This document shows, piece by piece, positions 12,105 to 21,865 of a stretch of DNA of 21,865 bases. Origin of the DNA: Azolla caroliniana (Eukaryota > Plantae > Polypodiophyta). The notes under the pieces are model-generated. The model saw only the letters and a program-made list of their open reading frames with translations. It made no database searches and had not been told where the DNA came from. Location: positions 1-21,865 of the forward strand of contig JBHGNT010000518.1 of NCBI GenBank assembly GCA_043228905.1, given 5' to 3'. The first letter of the stretch is position 1. The number at the start of each line of letters is the position of its first letter. A program made the translations under genes and the position numbers.

Positions 12105-13528
12105 AACAAGGCTAGCTATGATATAGAATTAAAAAATCAAGATTTCGAAACTGACGTCTAAAGACATGAGGAAATTAGCATGCTGGAGGAGGGAGTTGAG
12201 AAGAGCGAGTGAGTAAATTAAAATGGTCATACCTGGCTCGTGTGATATCGGATTTCTGTGTTCAAACATGCGAATCGAAACTAACAAGGCTAGCTATGAT
12301 ATAGAATTAAAAAATCGTGATTTTGAAACTCAGGTCGAGAGACATGAGGAAATTAGCATATTTGAGGAGGGAGTTGAGAAGAGCCATTGAGTAAATTAAA
12401 ATGGTCATACCTAGCTCGTGTGATATCGGATTGCTGTGTTCAAACATGCAAATCGAAGCTAACAAGGCTAGCTATGATATAGAATTAAAAAATCGAGATT
12501 TTGAAACTCAGGTCGAGAGACATGAAGAAATTAGCATATTTGAGGAGGGAGTTGAGAAGAGCGTGTGAGTAAATTAAAATGGTCATACCTAGCTCGTGTG
12601 ATATCGGATTTCTGTGTTCAAACATGCGAATCGAAACTAACAAGGCTAGCTATGATATAGACTTAAAAAATCGTGATTTTGAAACTCAGGTCGAGAGACA
12701 TGAGGAAATTAGCATATTTGAGGAGGGAGTTGAGAAGAGCCAGTGAGTAAATTAAAATAGTCATACCGGGCTCGTGTGATATCGGATTTCTGTGTTCAAA
12801 CATGCAAATCGAAGCTAACAAGGCTAGCTATGATATAGAATTAAAAAATCAAGATTTTGAAACTGACGTCGAAAGACATGAGGAAATTAGCATGCTGGAG
12901 GAGGGAGTTGAGAAGAGCGAGTGAGTAAATTAAAATGGTCATACCTGGCTCGTGTGATATCGGATTTTTGTGTTCAAACATGCGAATCGAAGCTAACAAG
13001 GCTAGCTATGATATAGAATTAAAAAATCGTGATTTTGAAACTCAGGTCGAGAGACATGAGGAATTTAACATATTTGAGGAGGGAGTTGAGAAGAGCCAGT
13101 GAGTAAATTAAAATGGTCATACCTGGCTCGTGTGATATCGGATTTATGTGTTCAAACATGCGACTCGAAGATAACAACGCTAGCTATGACATAGAATTAA
13201 AAGATCGAGATTTTGAAACTCAGTTCGAGAGACATGAGGAAATTAGCATATTTGAGGAGGGAGTAGAGAAGAGCCAGTGAGTAAATTAAAATGATCATAC
13301 CTGGCTCGTGTGATATCGGATTTCTGTGTTCAAACATGCAAATCGAAGCTAACAAGGCTAGCTATGATATAGAATTAAAATATCGAGATTTTGAAACTCA
13401 GGTCGAGAGACATGAGGAAATTAGCATATTTGAGGAGGGAGTTGAGAAGAGCGAGTGAGTAAATTAAAATGGTCATACCTGGCTCGTGTGATATCGGATT
13501 TCTGTGTTCAAACATGCGAATCGAACCT

Positions 13529-14596
13529 AACAACGCTAGCTATGACATAGAATTAAAAAATCGAGATTTTGAAACTCAGGTCGAGAGACATGAGGAAATT
13601 AGCATATTTGAGGAGGGAGTTGAGAAGAGCGAGTGAGTAAATTAAACTGGTCAAACCTGGCACGTGTGATATCGGATTTCTCTGTTCAAACATGCGAATC
13701 GAAGCTAACAACGCTGGCTTTGATATAGAATTTAAAAATCAAGATTTTGAAACTCACGTCGAAAGACATGAGGAAATTAGAATATTTGAGGAGGGAGTTG
13801 AGAAGAGCTAGTGAGTAAATTAAAATGTTCATACCTGGCTCGTGTGATATCGGATTTTTGTGTCCAAACATGCGAATCGAAGCTAACAACGCTAGCTATC
13901 ATATAGAATTAAAAAATCGAGATTTTGAAACTCAGGTCGAGAGACATGAGGAAATTAGCATATTTCAAGAAGGAGTTGAGAAGAGCCAGTCAGTAAATTA
14001 AAATGTTCAGACCTGGCACGTGTGATATCGGATTTTTTTGTTCAAACATGCGAATCGAAGATAACAACGCTAGCTATGATATAGAATTAAATAATCGAGA
14101 TTTTGAAACTCAGGTCGAGAGACATGAAGAAATTACAATATTTGAGGAGGGAGTTGAGAAGAGCTAGTGAGTAAATTAAAATGTTCATACCTGGCTCGTG
14201 TGATATCGGATTTTTGTGTTCAAACATGCGAATCGAAGCTAACAACGTTAGCTATGATATAGAATTAAAAAATTGAGATTTTGAAACTCAGGTCGAGAGA
14301 CATGAGGAAATTAGCGTATTTCAAGAAGGAGTTGAGAAGAGCCAGTCAGTAAATTAAAATGTTCATACCTGGGACGTCTGATATCGGATTTTTGTGTTCA
14401 AACATGCGAATCGAATATAACAACGCTATCTATGATATAGAATTAAATAATCGAGATTTTAAAACTCAGGTCGAGAGACATGAAGAAATTACAATATTTG
14501 AGGAGGGAGTTGAGAAGAGCTAGTGAGTAAATTAAAATGTTCATACCTGGCTCGTGTGATTTCGGATTTTTGTGTTCAAACATGCGAATCGAAGCT
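13529..14596. repeat. Diverged third copy of the 6-monomer block found at 6231-7298 and 9435-10502
   Basis: Same ordered markers: AAACTGGTCAAACCTGGCAC, TTCTCTG, GAATTTAAAAATCAAG, CTCACGTCGAAAG, TATCATATAG, TTTCAAGAAGG, TTCAGACCTGG, AAATAATCG, AAATTACAAT, CCTGGGACGTCTG. It also has private substitutions. The ORF at 13686 is 4094 bp (23 monomers) from the one at 9592. Confidence 0.92.
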
Positions 14597-16143
14597 AACA
14601 ACGCTAGCTATGATATAGAATTAGAAGATCGAGATTTTGAAACTCAGGTAGAGAGACATGCGGAAATTAGCATATTTGAGGAGGGAGTTGAGAAGAGCGA
14701 GTGAGTAAATTAAAATGGTCATACCTGGCTCGTTTAATATCGGATTTCTGTGTTTAAACATGCGAATCGAAGCTCACAACGCTAGCTTTGATATAGAATT
14801 TAAAAATCAAGATTTTGAAACTCACGTCGAAAGACATGGCGAAATTAGCATATTTGAGGAGGGAGTTGAGAAGAGCTAGTGAGTAAATTAAAATGGTCAT
14901 ACCTGGCTCGTGTGATATCGGATTTCTGTGTTCAAACATGCGAATCGAAGCTAACAAGGCTAGCTATGACATAGAATTAAATAATCGAGATTTTGAAACT
15001 CAGTTCGAGAGACATGAGAAAATTAGCATATTTGAGGAGGGAGTAGAGAAGAGCCAGTGAGTAAATTAAAATGGTCATACCTGGCTCGTGTGATATCGGA
15101 TTTCTGTGTTCAAACATGCGAATCGAAGCTAACAAGGCTAGCTATGATATAGAATTAAAAAATCGAGATTTTGAAACTCAAGTCGAGAGACATGAGGAAA
15201 TTAGCATATTTGAGGAGGGAGTTGAGAAGTGCCAGTGTGTAAATTAAAATGGTCATAGCTGGCTCGTGTGATATCGGATTTATGTGTTCAAACATGCGAC
15301 TCGAAGATAACAACGCTAGCTATGACATAGAATTAAAAGATCGAGATTTTGAAACTCAGTTCGAGAGACATGAGGAAATTAGCATATTTGAGGAGGGAGT
15401 AGAGAAGAGCCAGTGAGTAAATTAAAATGGTCATACCTGGCTCGTGTGATATCGGATTTTTGTGTTCAAACATGCGAATCGAAGCTAACTACGCTAGCTT
15501 TGATATAGAATTAAAAAATCAAGATTTTGAAACTCACGTCGAGAGACATGAGGAAATTAGCATGTTGGAGGATTGAGTTGAGAAGAGCGAGTGAGTAAAT
15601 TAAAATGGTCACACCTGGCTCGTGTGATATCGGATTTCTGTGTTCAAAATGCGAATCGAAGCTAACAAGGCTAGCTATGATATAGAATTAAAAAATCGAG
15701 ATTTTGAAACTCAGTTCGAGAGACATGAAAAAATTAACATATTTGAGGAGGGAGTTGAGAAGAGCTAGTGAGTAAATTAAAATGGTCATACCTGGCTCGT
15801 GTGATATCGGATTTCTGTGTTCAAACATGCGAATCGAAGCTAACTAGGCTAGCTATGATATAGAATTAAAAAATCGAGATTTTGAAACTCAGGTCGAGAG
15901 ACATGAAGAAATTAGCATATTTGAGGAGGGAGTTGAGAAGAGCGTGTGAGTAAATTAAAATGGTCATACCTGGCTCGTGTGATATCGGATTTCTGTGCTC
16001 AAACATGTGAATCGAAGCTAACAAGGCTAGCTATGATATAGAATTAAAATATCAAGATTTTGAAACTGACGTCGAAAGACATGAGGAAATTAGCATGTTG
16101 GAGGAGGGAGTTGAGAAGAGCGAGTGAGTAAATTAAAATGGTT

Positions 16144-19042
16144 ATACCTGGCTCGTGTGATATCGGATTTCTGTGTTCAAACATGCGAATCGAAACTAAC
16201 AAGGCTAGCTATGATATAGAATTAAAAAATCGTGATTTTGAAACTCAGGTCGAGAGACATGAGGAAATTAGCATATTTGAGGAGGGAGTTGAGAAGAGCC
16301 AGTGAGTAAATTAAAATGGTCATACCTGGCTCGTGTGACATCGGATTTCTGTGTTCAAACATGCAAATCGAAGCTAACAAGGCTAGCTATGATATAGAAT
16401 TAAAATATCAAGATTTTGAAACTGACGTCGAAAGACATGAGGAAATTAGCATGCTGGAGGAGGGAGTTGAGAAGAGCGAGTGAGTAAATTAAAATGGTCA
16501 TACCTGGCTCGTGTGATATCGGAGTTCTGTGTTCAAACATGCGAATCGAAACTAACAAGGCTAGCTATGATATAGAATTAAAAAATCGTGATTTTGAAAC
16601 TCAGGTCGAGAGACATGAGGAAATTAGCATATTTGAGGAGGGAGTTGAGAAGAGCCAGTGAGTAAATTAAAATGGTCATACCTGGCTCGTGTGATATCGG
16701 ATTTTTGTTTTCAAACATGCGAATCGAAGCTAACAAGGGTAGCTATGATATAGAATTAAAAAATCGTGATTTTGAAACTCCGGTCGAGAGACATCAGGAA
16801 ATTAACATATTTGAGGAGGGAGTTGAGAAGAGCGAGTGAGTAAATTAAAATGGTCATACCTGGCTCGTGTGATATCGGATTTCTGTGTTCAAACATGCGA
16901 ATCGAAGTTAACAAGGCTAGCTATGATATAGAATTAAAAAATCGAGATTTTGAAACTCAGGTCGAGAGACATGAAGAAATTAGCATATTTGAGGAGGGAG
17001 TTGAGAAGAGCGTTTGAGTAAATTAAAATGGTCATACCTGGCTCGTGTGATATCGGATTTTTGTGTTCAAACATGCGAATCGAAGCTAACAACGCTAGGT
17101 ATGATATAGAATTAAAAAATCGAGATTTTGAAACTCAGATCGAGAGACATGCTTAAATTAGCATATTTGAGGAGGGAGTTGAGAAGAGCGAGTGAGTAAA
17201 TTAAAATGGTCATATCTGGCTCGTGTGATATCGGATTTCTGTGTTCAAACATGCGAATCGAAACTAACAAGGCTAGCTATGATATAGAATTAAAAAATCG
17301 AGATTTTGAAACTCAGGTCGAGAGGCATGAAGAAATTAGCATATTTGAGGAGCGAGTTGAGAAGAGCGTGTGAGTAAATTAAAATGGTCATACCTGGCTC
17401 GTGTGATATCGGATTTCTGTGTTCAAACATGCGAATCGAAGCTAACAAGGCAAGCTATGATATAGACTTAAAAAATCGTGATTTTGAAACTGACGTCGAA
17501 AGACATGAGGAAATTAGCATGCTGGAGGAGGGAGTTGAGAAGAGCGAGTGAGTAAATTAAAATGGTCATACCTGGCTCGTGTGATATCGGATTTCTGTGT
17601 TCAAACATGCGAATCGAAACTAACAAGGCTAGCTATGATATAGAATTAAAAAATCGTGATTTTGAAACTCAGGTCGAGAGACATGAGGAAATTAGCATAT
17701 TTGAGGAGGGAGTTGAGAAGAGCCAGTGAGTAAATTAAAATGGTCATACCTGGCTCGTGTGACATCGGATTTCTGTGTTCAAACATGCAAATCGAAGCTA
17801 ACAAGGCTAGCTATGATATAGAATTAAAATATCAAGATTTTGAAACTGACGTCGAAAGACATGAGGAAATTAGCATGCTGGAGGAGGGAGTTGAGAAGAG
17901 CGAGTGAGTAAATTAAAATGGTCATACCTGGCTCGTGTGATATCGGAGTTCTGTGTTCAAACATGCGAATCGAAACTAACAAGGCTAGCTATGATATAGA
18001 ATTAAAAAATCGTGATTTTGAAACTCAGGTCGAGAGACATGAGGAAATTAGCATATTTGAGGAGGGAGTTGAGAAGAGCCAGTGAGTAAATTAAAATGGT
18101 CATACCTGGCTCGTGTGATATCGGATTTTTGTTTTCAAACATGCGAATCGAAGCTAACAAGGGTAGCTATGATATAGAATTAAAAAATCGTGATTTTGAA
18201 ACTCCGGTCGAGAGACATCAGGAAATTAACATATTTGAGGAGGGAGTTGAGAAGAGCGAGTGAGTAAATTAAAATGGTCATACCTGGCTCGTGTGATATC
18301 GGATTTCTGTGTTCAAACATGCGAATCGAAGTTAACAAGGCTAGCTATGATATAGAATTAAAAAATCGAGATTTTGAAACTCAGGTCGAGAGACATGAAG
18401 AAATTAGCATATTTGAGGAGGGAGTTGAGAAGAGCGTTTGAGTAAATTAAAATGGTCATACCTGGCTCGTGTGATATCGGATTTTTGTGTTCAAACATGC
18501 GAATCGAAGCTAACAACGCTAGGTATGATATAGAATTAAAAAATCGAGATTTTGAAACTCAGATCGAGAGACATGCTTAAATTAGCATATTTGAGGAGGG
18601 AGTTGAGAAGAGCGAGTGAGTAAATTAAAATGGTCATATCTGGCTCGTGTGATATCGGATTTCTGTGTTCAAACATGCGAATCGAAACTAACAAGGCTAG
18701 CTATGATATAGAATTAAAAAATCGAGATTTTGAAACTCAGGTCGAGAGGCATGAAGAAATTAGCATATTTGAGGAGCGAGTTGAGAAGAGCGTGTGAGTA
18801 AATTAAAATGGTCATACCTGGCTCGTGTGATATCGGATTTCTGTGTTCAAACATGCGAATCGAAGCTAACAAGGCAAGCTATGATATAGACTTAAAAAAT
18901 CGTGATTTTGAAACTGACGTCGAAAGACATGAGGAAATTAGCATGCTGGAGGAGGGAGTTGAGAAGAGCGAGTGAGTAAATTAAAATGGTCATACCTGGC
19001 TCGTGTGATATCGGATTTCTGTGTTCAAACATGCGAATCGAA
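16144..19042. repeat. Tandem duplication of an 8-monomer block (period 1424 bp), two apparently identical copies
   Basis: Rare variants pair at +1424: GTGTGACATCGG, CGGAGTTCTG, AAGGGTAGC, ACTCCGGTCG...CATCAGG, GAGCGTTTGAG, CATGCTTAAATT, GAGGAGCGAG, AAGGCAAGC. Identity breaks at 16143/17567 and at 17619/19043. Confidence 0.95.
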
Positions 19043-21865
19043 GCCAACAAGGCTAGCTATGATATAGAATTAAAAAATCGTGATTTTGAAACTCAGGTCG
19101 AGAGACATGAGGAAATTAGCATATTTGAGGAGGGAGTTGAGAAGAGCCATTGAGTAAATTAAAATGGTCATACCTAGCTCGTGTGATATCGGATTGCTGT
19201 GTTCAAACATGCAAATCGAAGCTAACAAGGCTAGCTATGATATAGAATTAAAAAATCGAAACTGACGTCGAAAGACATGAGGAAATTAGCATGTTGGAGG
19301 AGGGAGTTGAGAAGAGCGAGTGAGTAAATTAAAATGGTCATACCTGGCTCGTGTGATATCGGATTTCTGTGTTCAAACATGCAAATCGAAGCTAACAAGG
19401 CTAGCTATGATATAGAATTAAAAAATCGAGATTTTGAAACTCAGGTCGAGAGACATTAAGAAATTAGCATATTTGAGGAGGGAGTTGAGAAGAGCGTGTG
19501 AGTAAATTAAAATGGTCATACCTGGCTCGTGTGATATCGGATTTCTGTGTTCAAACATGCGAATCGAAACTAACAAGGCTAGCTATGATATAGAATTAAA
19601 AAATCGAGATTTTGAAACTCAGGTCGAGAGGCATGAAGAAATTAGCATATTTGAGGAGGGAGTTGAGAAGAGCGTGTGAGTAAATTAAAATGGTCATACC
19701 TGGCTCGTGTGATATCGGATTTCTGTGTTCAAACATGCGAATCGAAGCTAACAAGGCAAGCTATGATATAGACTTAAAAAATCGTGATTTCGAAACTGAC
19801 GTCGAAAGACATGAGGAAATTAGCATGCTGGAGGAGGGAGTTGAGAAGAGCGAGTGAGTAAATTAAAATGGTCATACCTGGCTCGTGTGATATCGGATTT
19901 CTGTGTTCAAACATGCGAATCGAAGCTAACAAGGCTAGCTATGATATAGAATTAAAAAATCGTGATTTTGAAACTCAGGTCGAGAGACATGAGGAAATTA
20001 GCATATTTGAGGAGGGAGTTGAGAAGAGCCATTGAGTAAATTAAAATGGTCATACCTAGCTCGTGTGATATCGGATTGCTGTGTTCAAACATGCGAATCG
20101 AAGCTAACAAGGCTAGCTATGATATAGACTTAAAAAATCGAGATTTTGAAACTCAGGTCGAGAGACATGAAGAAATTAGCATATTTGAGGAGGGAGTTGA
20201 GAAGAGCGAGTGTGTAAATTAAAATGGTCATACCTGGCTCGTGTGATATCGGATTTCTGTGTTCAAACATGCGAATCGAAGCTAACAAGGCTAGCTATGA
20301 TATAAAATTAAAAAATCGAGATTTTGAAACTCAGGTCGAGAGACATGAAGAAATTAGCATATTTGAGGAGGGAGTTGAGAAGAGCGTGTGAGTAAATTAA
20401 AATGGTCATAGCTAGCTCGTGTGATATCGGATTTCTGTGTTCAAACATGCGAATCGAAACTAACAAGGCTAGTTATGATATAGACTTAAAAAATCGTGAT
20501 TTTGAAACTCAGGTCGAGAGACATGAGGAAATTAGCATATTTGAGGAGGGAGTTGAGAAGAGCCAGTGAGTAAATTAAAATGGTCATACCTGGCTCGTGT
20601 GATATCGGATTTCTGTGTTCAAACATGCAAATCGAAGCTAACAAGGCTAGCTATGATATAGAATTAAAAAATCAAGATTTTGAAACTGACGTCGAAAGAC
20701 ATGAGGAAATTAGCATGCTGGAGGAGGGAGTTGAGAAGAGCGAGTGAGTAAATTAAAATGGTCATACCTGGCTCGTGTGATATCGGATTTCTGTGTTCAA
20801 ACATGCGAATCGAAGCTAACAAGGCAAGCTATGATATAGACTTAAAAAATCGTGATTTCGAAACTGACGTCGAAAGACATGAGGAAATTAGCATGCTGGA
20901 GGAGGGAGTTGAGAAGAGCGAGTGAGTAAATTAAAATGGTCATACCTGGCTCGTGTGATATCGGATTTCTGTGTTCAAACATGCGAATCGAAGCTAACAA
21001 GGCTAGCTATGATATAGAATTAAAAAATCGTGATTTTGAAACTCAGGTCGAGAGACATGAGGAAATTAGCATATTTGAGGAGGGAGTTGAGAAGAGCGTG
21101 TGTGTAAATTAAAATGGTCATACCTAGCTCGTGTGATATCGGATTGCTGTGTTCAAACATGCAAATCGAAGCTAACAAGGCTAGCTATGATATAGAATTA
21201 AAAAATCGAGATTTTGAAACTCAGGTCGAGAGACATGAAGAAATTAGCATATTTGAGGAGGGAGTTGAGAAGAGCGTGTGAGTAAATTAAAATGGTCATA
21301 CCTGGCTCGTGTGATATCGGATTTCTGTGTTCAAACATGCGAATCGAAACTAACAAGGCTAGCTATGATATAGAATTAAAAAATCGAGATTTTGAAACTC
21401 AGGTCGAGAGGCATGAAGAAATTAGCATATTTGAGGAGGGAGTTGAGAAGAGCGTGTGAGTAAATTAAAATGGTCATACCTGGCTCGTGTGATATCGGAT
21501 TTCTGTGTTCAAACATGCGAATCGAAGCTAACAAGGCAAGCTATGATATAGACTTAAAAAATCGTGATTTCGAAACTGACGTCGAAAGACATGAGGAAAT
21601 TAGCATGCTGGAGGAGGGAGTTGAGAAGAGCGAGTGAGTAAATTAAAATGGTCATACCTGGCTCGTGTGATATCGGATTTCTGTGTTCAAACATGCGAAT
21701 CGAAACTAACAAGGCTAGCTATGATATAGACTTAAAAAATCGTGATTTTGAAACTCAGGTCGAGAGACATGAGGAAATTAGCATATTTGAGGAGGGAGTT
21801 GAGAAGAGCCAGTGAGTAAATTAAAATAGTCATACCGGGCTCGTGTGATATCGGATTTCTGTGTT

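Larger units (their letters stand above)
1..21865. repeat. 178-bp tandem satellite array (about 122.9 monomers, single orientation), likely centromeric/pericentromeric heterochromatin
   Basis: The motif AACAA(C/G)GCTAGCTATGATATAGAATTAAAAAATCGAGATTTTGAAACTCAGGTCGAGAGACATGAGGAAATTAGCATATTTGAGGAGGGAGTTGAGAAGAGCCAGTGAGTAAATTAAAATGGTCATACCTGGCTCGTGTGATATCGGATTTCTGTGTTCAAACATGCGAATCGAAGCT recurs at 1, 179, 357 ... 21708 with no intervening unique DNA. The repeat is seen directly; the centromeric role is inferred from the nucleosome-sized monomer. Confidence 0.99.

Noticed and set aside
6388-14957. Minus-strand 67-aa ORFs (6388, 9592, 13686, 14754)
   Set aside because: These are chance open frames created by the GAATTTAAAA variant. 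They are useful only as markers of block duplication.
1-21865. CRISPR array or other repeat-spacer system
   Set aside because: There are no unique spacers. The whole 178-bp unit is repeated with point variants, and there are no cas or other genes.
1-21865. Primate alpha satellite or Arabidopsis CEN178
   Set aside because: Alpha satellite is about 171 bp. I see no recognisable sequence similarity to either, and matching length alone is not evidence.
1-21865. Tandem 5S rRNA, tRNA or snRNA gene array
   Set aside because: No recognisable 5S, tRNA or snRNA sequence or Pol III internal promoter boxes are present in the monomer.
1-21865. Transposon insertion, inversion or telomeric repeats
   Set aside because: Monomer register and orientation are continuous end to end. 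I saw no LTR, TIR, TSD or telomere motif arrays.

Overview
The whole 21,865-bp window is one uninterrupted head-to-tail satellite array with a 178-bp monomer (first monomer about 38% GC). It holds 122 full monomers plus a 158-bp partial copy, all in one orientation. I found no unique sequence, transposon, RNA gene or credible protein-coding gene; the ORF-track hits are by-products of the repeat. Monomer length, phased A/T tracts and CG/CHG transition variants suggest a methylated eukaryotic, probably plant, centromeric or heterochromatic satellite (inference; the family is not identified). The interesting signal is the higher-order repeat (HOR) architecture readable from diagnostic variants: a 6-mer (1068 bp) HOR in four copies plus a truncated 5-mer (1-5518), an apparently exact 18-mer (3204 bp) duplication (5377-11847), a single-monomer duplication, an older diverged copy of a 6-monomer block (13529-14596), an apparently exact 8-mer (1424 bp) duplication (16144-19042) and a shuffled mosaic at the right end. 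All mapped junctions are in monomer register, and only two net length changes (1 bp and 8 bp) occur. Monomer n (Mn) starts at 1+178(n-1), shifted by -1 after 15648 and by -9 after about 19258. All comparisons were made by eye.
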